64,000 nucleotides of DNA from Octopus sinensis (GCF_006345805.1 NC_043002.1:37882001-37946000), one strand, 5' to 3'. Positions 1 to 13,330 are shown, counted from the first letter of the stretch. Program-made: numbers and translations. The notes: a model not told the origin generated them from the sequence alone.

Positions 1-249
1 ATGTGTGTATGTATGCATGTAAATATGCATATATATATGTATATATATATATATATATATGGATGGATGGATATATGTGCATGTTCTCTTGCGTTTGTGC
101 TTTCATGGTTTGTTTGAATATGCGCGAATTTCTCTACTCAAAACTGAAAAAGCTAATATTATTTTATATGAGAAGGTATATATTATATTATATTATATTC
201 TATGGAAGAAAATATACCTGAGAAGTACGTAACATCAATATTATATATC

Positions 250-294
<45 letters not shown>

Positions 295-442
295 ATATAT
301 CTGTTTATATTGTAATTTATCTATAAATATGTTTATCTATTGTTTGCCAAAGAGCTTTGCTGAAAAGAGTAAATGATACAATTATTTGAAAATATCTTAA
401 AGAAGTAACTGCTTGTGATAAATGTAAATATTTTTTGTCATT

Positions 443-492
<50 letters not shown>

Positions 493-664
493 CTTTGGTT
501 TCTCTAAACAATCTATTCCAAGTGAATTGTTGGAAATGAAACTAGTTCTATATTTAATACTTCACTATTGATGTTGGAAGCAGCATCAAATATCTAACAC
601 ATTTGTTTGCTTTATTTGTAGATCAGAAAATTACAACTACAATATATATATATATATATACACA

Positions 665-1565
665 CATTATTTATATTTGACGGATATTTGTCCTCATCTT
701 GTTTCTTGATAACACGTTTCGTCTGATATACCCTCCAGCCTTCATCAGGTACCTTGGGGAAATTTCGCTCTTAACCACTATGATATATGCTCGTGGGCAA
801 TATTGGAGTGCATTTTAGGACTTATAAATCTAATATTCTCCTATCTTTCCTTAATACCGGTTCCCATATGCTGTTCATATCTGAATTAGGTCTGCTTAGG
901 AAGCTGTTGTGCCCTGGCATATGTGCTACTTCTTTTAGTTTTCGTATTTTCCAGCGGTGTTCTCTGTCTATTATTTTAACTTCATCCAACAGGGGGAGGT
1001 GGTCTCTATTTTTCCATACATGATCAGCTATATTCGATTTATCAATATCTCCTCGTATCACAGCTTTGCGATGTTCCTCTACCCTTATTTTGATGGTGCG
1101 GCATGTTTCGCCTTTGTATAACCTACCGGATCTGCATGGGATGGAGTACACGCAGTTTTTGGGTCATATTCTCTTCTGGTGGTGGTTTTACTCGAAGGAG
1201 ATATTTGTATTTGCAAAGTGTTGTATTACTCTTGAATCCTGTCCTGATGCCATATGGGCCGCATATCTTTTGTATCTTTTCGGAGAAGCCTTTCACGTAG
1301 GGTAGACAGACTGTGGACAGTTTATCGCTTTCATCCTCTCTTTTCTTCATAATTAGAGTGGATAGTATATTTTTCTTGGGGTGGGGGGTAGTTGTTACTT
1401 AATAGATTGTTACTGAGCTTGATCAGTTCTTCGTGGTAAGGGATATATTACTTTACAAAACATCATCTTGATGATGAGGCCTCCTGTTGAATGCCTTAAT
1501 CTACCTTAGTTCTCATACTCTAGTTGATGATGCTCTACATACCTTATGCACCTCTCACATATCTG
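665..1565 (-). mobile_element. Penelope-like element 3' fragment (RT thumb, GIY-YIG endonuclease, 3' UTR), frameshifted
   Basis: ORF 822-1151 YSIPCRSGRLYKGETCRTIKIRVEEH is a GIY-YIG motif. ORF 1123-1350 has CLPYVKGFSEKIQKI. Upstream reads EELIKLSNNLLSNNYP. Ends in a (TA)n tract. Confidence 0.9.
712..755 (-). ncRNA. Minimal hammerhead-like motif in PLE 3' UTR
   Basis: Minus strand: ggtac CTGATGA a ggctg gagggtatat cagac GAAA cgtg. Core is intact. Stem II has one mismatch, and stems I/III are weak. Confidence 0.6.
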
Positions 1566-1580
1566 AGACAGGTTATTTTG

Positions 1581-1619
<39 letters not shown>

Positions 1620-2333
1620 TTCAAGCATAGCCTTCCGCCTATGATCATCTCGTCCTCTCAGACATAACTGCGCTACATCAGTGAATAAACTAAGTAAAGC
1701 AAACATTTCCTTAAAGAAGGATTCTTTCCGAAACTTTGAGTTTTCCACTCTCCACAGCACTTTCAAATTATTCTTTTGATCAATATTACTAAGTAATACA
1801 AACGTTTCCTACACGCTTTGGAGACTGTTTGATCATATATACCTACATTATTCATGTCTTTCTGTTTTAATCAATAGAGTGTGATGTGAGAGATATTTAG
1901 CTGTTGAATCCAGCGGATCGCGTGTCATATCGATTCTCCTTCATTAGATTCCTGTTACTTTGTTGTGGATAGCTTTATAAAGTTTATAATTAAAGGTATA
2001 AATGAAAGGACTAGATTTTTAGTCGACATGATATCCTCTTACAATGAATATATTGAATTGAACTCGTTTGCTCACACTCATTCTTATAGAAATACAATTG
2101 TCTCAACATTGCCAGTGTATACTTGCAACTTTACGCGATATGGTATTAATTCATAGCCGAGTGATCTATTGCAGTGGAATTTTACAACCTTTAGCTAGGA
2201 ATACAGCACTGATATCTGATACGGAAATGTCAACCTACATTATAACTAAATGACAAATCCAGCTGCTATTTCGTCAAGTTAAGACTTGCTGCGCGGTAGT
2301 ATGGCCTGTAGTCAGGATATTGTCAAAGACTCT

Positions 2334-2433
2334 NNNNNNNNNNNNNNNNNNNNNNNNNNNNNNNNNNNNNNNNNNNNNNNNNNNNNNNNNNNNNNNNNNN
2401 NNNNNNNNNNNNNNNNNNNNNNNNNNNNNNNNN
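2334..2433. other. Assembly gap (100 N)
   Basis: Run of N. Confidence 1.
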
Positions 2434-2454
2434 CAACGTTCTCTTCAGGAAAAT
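2434..2454 (-). ncRNA. 5' half of hammerhead (stem I, CUGAAGA core), running into gap
   Basis: Minus strand attttc CTGAAGA gaacgttg then N. Confidence 0.55.
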
Positions 2455-2639
2455 CCAGGAACTTAATTCTCCAACAAAATGCACAACAAGCTTTTCGACG
2501 ACTGCTCACGAGGAGCCCATAAAAATAATGATAAAAAATTCTATTTATAGGGGTTGACGGCAGATTGGATGAAAGCAGAAGAAATTGTCCGTTGACATAG
2601 TTCAAGGGCAGCATCAAGGTATAGAAGGAAGGTATAGAA

Positions 2640-3580
2640 AATTAAAGAGTGTGAATGTATTCTGTATGACTGGTGTTTATATTTGATTTATTTTATGAAT
2701 GAGTGCTCGAATGTATGAGTGTGTAAAATTGCCTTAATGTATGTGTGTGTTCGTCTTTGAATGCGTGAAAGTGTGTGTGGAATGCAGAGAGAGAGAGAGA
2801 GAGATAGCAAGAATTAACGGTCAAGAACTGAAAAGAATGTGTCTGTGTGCTCGAATGTGACAACTTAATAGGGAGAGGGCGGCTACAATAGCAATGACAA
2901 GATACAAGGTTACTGTTGGGATTGGTAGTAGTTCTTGGCAACTATGAGAAAGTCTTTTATACTAACAGGGATGAGGTATCACCTTTCAAATTTTTTTTGG
3001 AAATCCAGGGGTTATCTATATAAACTTCATTGGTATGAGAAAAAGGTATGCTTTTCCATGTGGGCATCTGAAAGAACGCTCCACAATCGAGTTATTAGTC
3101 GGCCTCGGCAAACAGAATATGTAATTCCGAACTCTTTCATATTCTGTTTGGCCGACTAATAAACTCGATTGTGGAGCGTTCTTTTCAGACTGCCCACTGA
3201 AAAGCATACCTTTTTCTCATACCAATGAAGTCTAATATAGATACCCCTGGATTTCCTAAAAAAAATTGAGAGACTTTCTCATAGTTGCCAAGAACTACTA
3301 CCAATCCCAACAGTAACCTTGTATCTTGTCATTGCTATTGTAGCCGCCATCTCCCTATTAAGTTGTCACATTCGAGCACACAGACACATTCTTTTCAGTT
3401 CTTGACCGTTAATTCTTGCTATCTCTCTCTCTCTGCATTCCACACACACTTTCACGCATTCAAAGACGAACACACACATACATTAAGGCAATTTTACACA
3501 CTCATACATTCGAGCACTCATTCATAAAATAAATCAAATATAAACACCAGTCATACAGAATACATTTACACTCTTTAATT
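2640..3580. repeat. ~940-bp imperfect palindrome (arms 2640-3121 and 3138-3580, 16-bp spacer)
   Basis: Arms are reverse complements; ORFs 2693-2941(-) and 3285-3527(+) are near-identical. The left arm has ~30 extra bp. Confidence 0.95.
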
Positions 3581-3594
3581 AGGGACTTTGCAGA

Positions 3595-3616
3595 CTTCGA
3601 AACATATGTCGAAAAT
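3595..3616 (+). ncRNA. 3' half of hammerhead (GAAA, palindromic stem III, GUC, stem I)
   Basis: cttc GAAA c atat gt C gaaaat. The gaaaat is complementary to attttc of the 2434-2454 half. Confidence 0.6.
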
Positions 3617-3819
3617 AAAATAAAGGAATTTTGTTAAATCTTCGTTCATCTCCATTCTTTCCCATACTTAATATATAAAACTTCAAATTTCCGCACTAAG
3701 GCACGGATTTATGCCCTATGGTCATAACTTCAACTGTGCCCTTTCTGTTGTGAGTTGCTACCCAGGTATCGGTTATCTTTCGAATTATCCGTAAGAGATA
3801 ATTCATTTGTCTACTTAAA

Positions 3820-3878
<59 letters not shown>

Positions 3879-4468
3879 GTTATGTATATATATGTATGTA
3901 TATATAATATGATATATATATATGTATATATATAATTAAATTTAGAGGTTATAGCAACCATCGAAGGGATACTTGTATGCAATGAATCCAGTGGTGTATT
4001 ATCTATACTTAATCATGAGCACTGGTGTTAATGCTCATAAGTGAACAAAAATAAACAAGAATTTATCAATATTCAAGGAAAACAGAAAATGGAGATACAA
4101 TTGATGAATAACAATTGATTTACATCAATTACCATTTATTAATAATTTACAAAAAGACAGAATCTCAACTTACAGCTGTTTCAGTTTGCATAATTCTCAG
4201 TTCTAACTGCCACAATAATAGCAATGATAGTTATCATTGTAGGTCATTGTACGATAATGGCTCTGATAACATGGCCACAAGGCCACGCACTTTCACACAC
4301 ACACACGCACACACACACACATGCACACACACACTCTCTCTCTTTCTCTCTCTCCTGCAGATACATACATGTGCCTTTGTGTGGGTGTGCCCTTTTCAGT
4401 TTAAGTCTAACTATTTATACGCTGTAAGCTTGTTTAAATCCTGTATCAGTAAAAGTTTATACAAATAT

Positions 4469-4540
<72 letters not shown>

Positions 4541-4696
4541 TATAAAACATATGTATATTATCGCATATATTGTTGACAGGAAAGTTAGTGTGGTATTTGT
4601 TCCGTGGTATCATGTATCTTTAAATGGCCATGCTGTGTTTAAAAGCATAATATATATCGCAGGGAGACGAAATCGTCCCAATAGCGCGTAGCAAGA

Positions 4697-4736
4697 CCAG
4701 ACGCATTTCGGCCAAAATAGGCTTTATCAATGGCGC
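4697..4736 (-). ncRNA. Degenerate minimal hammerhead (U3/A8 variant)
   Basis: Minus strand gcca TTGATAA agcc tatttt ggcc GAAA t gc gt C tggt. Confidence 0.45.
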
Positions 4737-5008
4737 GACCTTACGGCCAGTCTCATGTCTATATGATGTCTATTGCTTCCGATATACAGTAAAGGGTTAA
4801 TAGAATATTCAGTGGTACTGTGAATAGCTGTCTACTGAATATAAAGGTTTTTATACACAGCAGAAATATTAGTAAATTAAGGCAACCATCTATACGTCAT
4901 ACTTAATATATATACATCTTTATCACTCAATGTACCTGGTATTTATCCAGTGAGTACAACTCATATGCATATACGTAATTTAAACAAACAGTACATCTAC
5001 AGTACATT

Positions 5009-5395
5009 GTGGAGGCGCAATGGCCCAGTGGTTAGGGCAACAGACTCGCGGTCATAGGATCGCAGTTTCGATTCGCAGACCGGGCGTTGTGAGTGTTTAT
5101 TGAGCGGAAACACCTAAAGCTCCACGAGGCTCCGGCAGGGGATGGTGGCGAACCCTGCTGTGCTCTTTCACCACAACGTTCTCTCACACCTACTTCTTGT
5201 TTTCTGTTGTGCCTGTAATTCAAAGGGCCAGCCTTGTTACACTGTGTCACGTTGAATATCCCCGAGGACTACGATAAGGTTACACGTGTCCGTGGAGTGC
5301 TCAGCCACTTGCACGTTAATTTCACGAGCAGGCTGTTCCGTTGATCGGATCAACTGGAACCCTCGTCGTCGTAAGCGACAGAGTTGTAACAACAA
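5009..5395 (+). mobile_element. tRNA-derived SINE (family C, GGAGGCGCAATGGCCCAGTGG head)
   Basis: Box A TGGCCCAGTGG and box B-like GTTTCGATTCG. The 3' part matches the reverse complement of 38500-38570. Confidence 0.85.
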
Positions 5396-7239
5396 ATATC
5401 TGCTGGGACGATATTTAGCTCCTTCCATTTTACATTGTATTTTTAAACGCAACACGTCAACAAGAGATGTTATTTCTGGACGAATAATACAGTAACTTGC
5501 TTGTCAACGATGTATACACATAAAGTGTGATACATAAATGACTATTTCAATTTAGTATTGCTTTAATTTCAAGTACAGTATATTTATATCTATGTCTATA
5601 TCTATACACGCGTACACACTCACAAATACACACACACACAAGAATAGACGTAGGATTACACATAAATATTATAAAGACGTACAACTTTGATTGTTGCAAT
5701 ATAGAAAACATACGCACGTGTTAATGAGCATAAATTGCACTCGCTTTACGGATTTCGGTATGAAAGACGTTGAGGAAAATGTGATATGAAAGCAAGATGA
5801 AAGCAGGTGAAAGATGGATAGAAATATAGATTTATGATTTTTTTTACATTAATTACCATTGATTACGGAATATTCGTTCATTCATTCACCTTAAATAAAA
5901 CCACTTACGACCAACTCTGCATGCTAGTTTAGTGAACTAAGTTGAAGACAGGCAGAATATAAAGCAGTTATACAAAGCAAAACTCAAATACAGGAATCAG
6001 AAACAATAGCTATTCTAATAACATAACAATAACAAGACTGACTGACGATGGCGTCAGTTCATTAGCAAAGAAGACACCGTTGCTAGGTGACCGTGTCGGA
6101 CAGTTTTTGATTATTGCCAAAGCTGGAAATAGCTGAAATGGGTTACGTCAACTGCATGGCAGACGGACACATGGAAAGCCAGGAAGACAGACGAATTAAC
6201 ACACAGCACGATAGATAGACAGACGAATGGACAAACAGCACGGCAGATGGTAGATATACAGACAGGCTAGAAAGAGAAACATGTGCACAGATAGAGAAAT
6301 AAGCATGGAGCAAGTCAAATAGGTAGGCTTCCACGGAAACTGACAAACAAATAGGTAGATAGACAGACTGAGAGAGTAACAGGTATGTCGATAACAAGCC
6401 AGGCAGCCAACCAGCCAGATACACGCGCAGAAAGACAATATAACAATCAAAGTAGGTAGGGCAGGCAGCCAGGCTACACTGCTGCTTTAATGAAACTTCT
6501 CCAGACATTGAAACGTAGGTGGTGCAGAGGCATGTCACTCCGATTCCCCCACTCACCCAGTCATTCACTTTTTCACTCGCTCGCTCACTCACTCACTCAT
6601 TTACTCGTGCACTCATTCGTTCATTCACTCACTGACACACTCATGAATACCTTATACACATTAAACACTGTGATGGCTACCATACTGGCGTCATCATCAT
6701 AAACAAAGTCAGATGGTTTGCAGCTGATAAAGAAATACATTGAGGTATTAATCAATTTGAGAATATTCTCAGAATGGAATTCTGGAAATTAAAAAGAAAT
6801 GAATTGTATTATAAACACGTCACAATAACAAATTTACTCGGAATATTTCCTCACCACGAAATAAACATCCGCACGCATTCAAACATAATTATATTGGGAT
6901 TCAATTGACGACTCACACCATTAATATTCAGACTTTAACACACATTAGACAGACAGTAAATATTTGGGTTCCGCAGTGATTCTACCAGGAAGGGTATACT
7001 GTTTTACAAGACACTAGAGATGCTAATATCATCACACTTTTCAAGAACGAAACTACAGTGAAATCAGCTTCCTCTACGGGGCAAAGAATATTTTAGCTGT
7101 AGACGTGGCTCAATTTTTAAAATTTTAATGTGTAAATCAAAGAACAAAAGGCTTGGCTCATCACTTTTTCTAGGGTCTCCAAGAATAGTGGGAAGAAGGG
7201 GAACATATGCAGACCGGAGACCTAACTGAAATGCCTGCA

Positions 7240-7880
7240 ACGTAATCATCATCCTCTGTTGCCTCGACAGTATTCGTTCTTTGGCAAGAGCATTCGTGGC
7301 AACCATGTTCAGACCTGTCCATGCAGTGATGCTATCTTTCCATCTTTTAAATTGTCGACCTCTATTTCTCTTCAGTTGGTCATGCCTTCCAAATAGTTCT
7401 CGCTGACGCCACAAATGACTCGCTTAGTGTGGTCAAACAGTTTTAGTATTCTATTTTTGATGAGAAAAGTGTTTGGTGTTAATTTGGTTATTTGTCTTAT
7501 TATATAACTTACCTCCTCCGCCGTAATTACTGGCCTCCATCGGCTTCAATTCTGGCGTGGTATGAAAGTTTAATGTTAGTAATAAGTCAAATTATATTAT
7601 TATGAAAGACTTCTTGTTTCTGTATTGCAACAGAAGTCCAGCTGACACATTCTAGCCTGTATAAGACTATAGGAAGAACATAATTCTTGCAGATGCTTGA
7701 TTTTATGTGATATGGGACTTGCTTTAAAGTAAGTGCAATTTTGTCGATACTAAAATGCTGCCCAAACAAGTCCAATTCTTTGATTCGCAGCTTGCATTCC
7801 AATACTTTGTGTCCTCTATTAAAAATACCCAAGCAGCAAGTGATGGTATTCACCTGGATACTGAGAACAGGATCTACCAA
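7240..7880 (-). mobile_element. RTE-clade LINE fragment, degenerate
   Basis: RNRGRQFKRWKDSITAWTG and SICKNYVLPIVLYRLECVSWT resemble RTE RT C-terminal motifs. Confidence 0.75.
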
Positions 7881-8189
7881 TCCTGTGAGTTTTAAAACAC
7901 TTTCGACCGACTAAATTCCATTTACAGTTTTTTTAAGCTTTTAGTTGAAATCGAGGTTAAGGTAGAAAACGAGAGGTGCTATGCAGTGGGATAAAACCTG
8001 AAAACAAGTTATTGCTATGCGAAAGTTTGAATACATGTACATGTCAGTGACTATATTGTAAGATAGTATTAAATTAAAATTAATTTTAAATTGTTTTGCA
8101 CAGGGCCAGCAGTTACATCAACCTCAGAGCAAGACACCAAAGGGATGGAAATTAAAGTCAACATCCAAATGATGAAAGGCAAGTCATTT

Positions 8190-8560
8190 TAGGACACTGA
8201 AAGAGTGAAAGGAAAAGTTGACCTCGGCGTAATTCGAACTCAAAACCTAAAGACGGACGTACTGCCTTTAAACAGTTTTCTCGGGCGCTAACGATTCTGC
8301 TCGTTCGCTGCCTCGTTGTACTTGTTGTACTCGTTGTAAAATAACATTGGTTTCAAATTTTTGCACGATGCTAGAAATTCCGGAGGAGGAGGCAAGTCGG
8401 TCGCATCGACCTCAGTGTATAACTGGTGCTTATTTTATCGACTGTGTAAGGAAGAACGGCAAAGTCGACATCGGTAGGTTTTGAACTGAAAACCTAAAGA
8501 CGGACGAAATGCTGTTACTCATTTTGCCGGACGTGCTAAAGCTTCGGCCAGGTCGCCGCT
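8190..8560 (-). mobile_element. Two diverged copies of SINE family B
   Basis: Reverse complements of the GGCGGCGAGCTGGCAGAA...GAGTTCAAATTCCGCCGAGGTCGACTTTGCC family (8190-8315, 8380-8560). Confidence 0.75.
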
Positions 8561-8965
8561 TTTTTGTGAGATAATATTAAATACTAAAACGCAAAAAACT
8601 GTGTAAGAATCAGTTGTTTAGGAATTGCCTCAATGACAATAGAGCTGTATATGAAAGAAAGAGAGAGACAGATAGACAGAGATAAAGAGAAACAGAAATA
8701 GACAGACAGAGAGGAAGAGAGAGAGAGACAGAGACTGAGAAAGAAAGAAAGAAGGAAAGAAAGAAAGAACGAAAGAAAGAAAGAAAGTAGGCGAGAGAGA
8801 CTCCTAAGGAACAATCTTTCAAATTATTCACATGAACTGGTATATAAAATAAATGTTCGTGGCGCAATATTCGAGGGGGCGCAGTATTTGAGGAGATCAA
8901 ACCTCTATTTAATAATCCCTCTTTATTCCGAGGTGGTATCACAAGAAACGATGGAATGTCAATAT

Positions 8966-9565
8966 ACGAGCTGGCAGAAATGTTAGGACGCTGGGCGAAA
9001 TTCTTAGCGGCTTTTCGTCTGCCGCTACGTTCTGAGTTCAAATTCCGCCGAGGTTGACTTTGCTTTTCATCGTTTCGGGGTCGATAAATTAAGTACCAGT
9101 TACGCACTAGCTCGATGTAATCGATTTAATCCTTTGTGTCTGTCCTTGTTTGTCTCCTCTATGTTTAGCCACTTGTGGACAATAAAGAGATAAGAAACGT
9201 TAGCACGCCGGGCACAATGCTTAGCGGTATTTCGTCTGCCGCTACGTTCTGAGTTCAAATTCCGCCGAAGTTGACTTTGCCTTTCATCCTTTCGGGGTGG
9301 ATTAGATAAGTACCAGTTGTGCACTGGGGTCGATATAATCGACTTAATCCGTTTGTCTGTCCTTGTTTGTTCTCTCTGTGTGTAGTAAAGAAATAGGTAT
9401 TTCGTCTGTCTTTACGTTCTGAGTTCAAATTCCGCCGAGGTCGACTTTGCCTTTCATCTTTTCGGGACCGATGAATTAAGTACCAGTTGCGCACTGGGGT
9501 CGATCTAATCGACTGGCCACCTCTTCAAAAATCTCGGGCCTTGTACCTGGAGTAGAACAGAATAT
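8966..9565 (+). mobile_element. Three tandem copies of SINE family B
   Basis: Repeated GTTCTGAGTTCAAATTCCGCCGAGGTCGACTTTGCCTTTCATC-like block at ~9030, 9245 and 9417. Confidence 0.9.
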
Positions 9566-9812
9566 ACGAGCTGAAGATGAAACAGCCTTGTGGTCTTTCA
9601 CTATAAAAGGGGAAGAGTACCTTCAATAATGTAGTTCTGAATACAGGCTTTATCCACAATGCAAAAGTGGGCGTCTGAATTTAGGAAGGGAAGGGAGACT
9701 CTTGAAGTTGACCCAAAGCCAATGGGATCCAAGCAATACGATGCCGAACAAAGTAGAGTGTGGACCACAAGTGGGGTTATGATGGAAAATACGACTTACT
9801 ATTTCACACTCC

Positions 9813-10070
9813 GTGGAGGCGCATGGCTTAGTGATTAGGGTGTCAGTATCATGATCGTAAGATTGTGGTTTTGATTCCTGGACCGGGCGACGCGTTTTGT
9901 TCTTGAGCAAAACACTTCATTTCATTTCACCTTGCTCCAGTACACTCAGCTGGCAAAAATGTGTAACGATGGACCGGCGTCCCGTCTAGCTGGGGAACAC
10001 ATACGCCATAGAAACCTGGAAACCGGGCCCATGAGCCTGGTTAGGCTTTAAAAGGGCGCATTTATTTTAT
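9813..10070 (+). mobile_element. tRNA-derived SINE (family C variant)
   Basis: GGAGGCGCATGGCTTAGTG head, TGTTCTTGAGCAAAACACTT central block, (TTTTA)n tail. Confidence 0.75.
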
Positions 10071-10130
10071 TTTATTTCACACTCCATATATGCATGTTGG
10101 TCAACCTATGTACTTTTCAACCGATAGGCG

Positions 10131-10475
<345 letters not shown>

Positions 10476-10919
10476 ATACATATACACGTATATTTACACT
10501 TGTGCATATACACATTGATACACATATATATATCATAGAGTAAAATCCGAAGAAAGTGCTGATGTTGTACTTTGGCAAATCTTTTAAGCACAGAATATAT
10601 AATGTTAAAAAATCGGAGACAATAAGTTTACCACGAGGAAGAGATGGTAACTAATATTCCGAGCAGGAACATTATCGGTATCTATTATTCTCCTCCACTT
10701 CTTCCCTTCCCCTTTCTCTCCGTCTTTGCATCCATACATACATAGATGCATACGCACATAGCCACATAAACGCACACAGATACACAAATACACACGCATA
10801 TATAAGCATATATATATATATACATATAGGCATATGTGTATGTGTGTATATATATTTATATATACATACATACATACATATATATATATACATATATATA
10901 CATACATACATACATACAT

Positions 10920-10988
<69 letters not shown>

Positions 10989-11380
10989 TATATGCAAATA
11001 TATTTAGCGCACAAACTCCTTTGATATCAGAATTTATCTCTTTATCTTTTCCAGGATATTGGTTTCCTACACAAGGTGTACGGGATTATTTGCTTCTTCT
11101 ATCCAATATATAAAACGCAGATGGCGATATAACATTATTGATTGCGACGGATTCTCCAAACCTGAAAAGAATCAAGAGGGTTTACTCTTAGAGAACCACT
11201 GTAAAAATATGAAAATACACCATATTATATCATTACACAATTCAGTATATGTACATGCATACATACATACATGCACGCACACATATATATATATACGCGC
11301 ACACATATTTGATATGCATCATATTACTATATATATTTACGTGTATACGTGTATATTTTTACATATTGTATATATATATA

Positions 11381-11413
<33 letters not shown>

Positions 11414-11585
11414 GGCGCAGGAATGGCTGTGTGGTAAGTAACTTGCTTACCAACAACATGGTTCAGTCCCACTGCGTGGCATCTTGGGCAAGTGTCTTCT
11501 ACTATAGCCTCGCGCCGACCAAAGCCTTGTGAGTGGATTTGTTAGACAGAAACTGAAAGAAGCCCGTCGTATATATATATATATG

Positions 11586-11616
<31 letters not shown>

Positions 11617-11765
11617 ATGTGTGTGTGTTTGTGTGTCTGTGTTTGTCCTTCTACCATTGCTTGACAACCGATGCTGGTGTGTTTATGTCCCCGTCAATTA
11701 GCAGTTCGGCAAAAGAGACCGATAGATTAAGTACTCGGCTTACAAAGAGTAAGTCCCGGTGTCGA
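11414..11765 (+). mobile_element. SINE family A (tRNA head, internal TA/TG microsatellite), 3' truncated
   Basis: GGAATGGCTGTGTGGTAAG...GGTTCAGTCCCACTGCGTGG. Related copies occur throughout the window. Confidence 0.9.
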
Positions 11766-11794
11766 TATATATATATGTATATATGTATGTGAAT

Positions 11795-12955
11795 CTTTTC
11801 GTTGGCTACGTTGAGGGCCAAATATTCTCAAGTTTCACTGGTCCCACTCCTGAAATATACGGTCATTATATTGGTCATTATATTCATCACTCCACTCTCA
11901 TCAACTCCATCCACTACAAGCGCACAAACTCACACTCATACCTCAATTTCTTCTCCTCTCACCCTAAAAACACTAAGCTTTCCATCCCCTATCCTCAATT
12001 CCTCCGTCTACGCAGGCTCACCAGTGACAACCATGACTTTGTGACTCAGTCTCAACTCATGGCTTGCCACTTCATCCTACATGGATATGCTCTCACTACT
12101 ATCCACACCGCCCTTGCCAGAGACATACGACTCAGCAACGCCATTTCCGCTCTACCGATCACTCTTCAAAACACCTGTCTGTGTTCGGATTGTCCTTGCA
12201 TAGGGGCCAACCGGAATTACGTCTTCACCGTGAGCAAGGATTTATCTTCTCTCTTCGCTCCTTTGCGCCACTTGGGCTCAAATCTCCTCCCCTCTTCATG
12301 TAACCCTCCTCCTCTTTCCTCTCTTCTCATACCTACTTCTTCTCTTCGGTCCTACCCGCCGTCTCCCTTCTAGGCTCTCCCTTCATCGCTATCCCCTTCC
12401 TCGTAACACCACCCTTCACATTCCAACCCCTCCATTCTTATACACCCCACCCCACCACATCCCTAAGACCATATTATTGTTTCTCCCACTCTCGCTTCCC
12501 CATACCCCAACACCGCACACACTAGTACTGACCAATTCCCAGCACCCACACCAGCGCACACACTAGCACTGACCACTTCCCAGCATCTACACCATCATCT
12601 ACACACCTTCATATGCATACACGCACACGTCAAGGTCACCAGCCCTCTTCCACACACACATACACGCTCTCACATACTACGCACGTGCACCTTCGTTTTG
12701 GCATGACCGCTACTTTATTATCCCTTCTTCCAAACTCTCCTGTGTGAACTCTCTCTCCGGCATTTGCCATGATAAATGGCTAGCCATAAAACATTTTCTA
12801 TTTTCTCTCCCTGTTAATTTCTGTGTTCCTTTCTATCGAAGAGCGTAGACTCGAAACGTAAAAGACTTTCTCAGTTCCCGAACGTTAAACTAATACATCT
12901 TAAACTAATAAACAGCCGTCTTCGTCTTTTTGTTTTTGTTTTTTTTTTGTAAATT
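11795..12955 (+). mobile_element. Penelope-like element fragment (RT end, thumb, GIY-YIG end, 3' UTR) with internal deletions
   Basis: HYKRTNSHSYLNFFSSHPKNTKLSIPYPQFLRLRRLTS is the PLE thumb motif. HREQGFIFSLRSFAPLGL is the GIY-YIG C-terminus. Confidence 0.88.
12828..12866 (+). ncRNA. Degenerate minimal hammerhead in PLE 3' UTR
   Basis: ccttt CTATCGA a gagc gtag actc GAAA cgt A aaaga. Confidence 0.45.
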
Positions 12956-12958
12956 TTC

Positions 12959-12997
<39 letters not shown>

Positions 12998-13266
12998 CAA
13001 TTGTAGCATGGAAGGTGTTTATAAACCACTTAGGAAACAGGCAAAACGTGTTTAAATTTAATTTTCCAAAATATCTTCGCCGTGAGACTGCGACCTGTTC
13101 ACTGACAACATTCCGTGCTGCATCTTTTTTGAATTTTGTCAGTGAACAGGTTGCAGTCTCAAAGCGACGAAAATATTTTGGCAAATCTAATTTAAATATT
13201 GAAGTGAATCTACTGGCTTTTGTGTGTTTGTTAAATGGCTTATAAACACCTTTCACGCTCCAATTG
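12998..13266. mobile_element. Fold-back MITE-like element
   Basis: Terminal CAATTG(T/G)AGC..AAGGTGTTTATAA inverted repeats. The inner 26-bp stem tgagactgcgacctgttcactgacaa pairs with ttgtcagtgaacaggttgcagtctca. Confidence 0.8.
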
Positions 13267-13330
13267 CTTCGTTCCAGCACAGGATCACAGATCAGGTTAC
13301 TCGCCATGCAAGTAATTCTCCGTAATACGT

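Noticed and set aside
5009-5080. tRNA gene calls for SINE heads
   Set aside because: A and B boxes run into SINE bodies with no acceptor stem closure; these are SINE heads.
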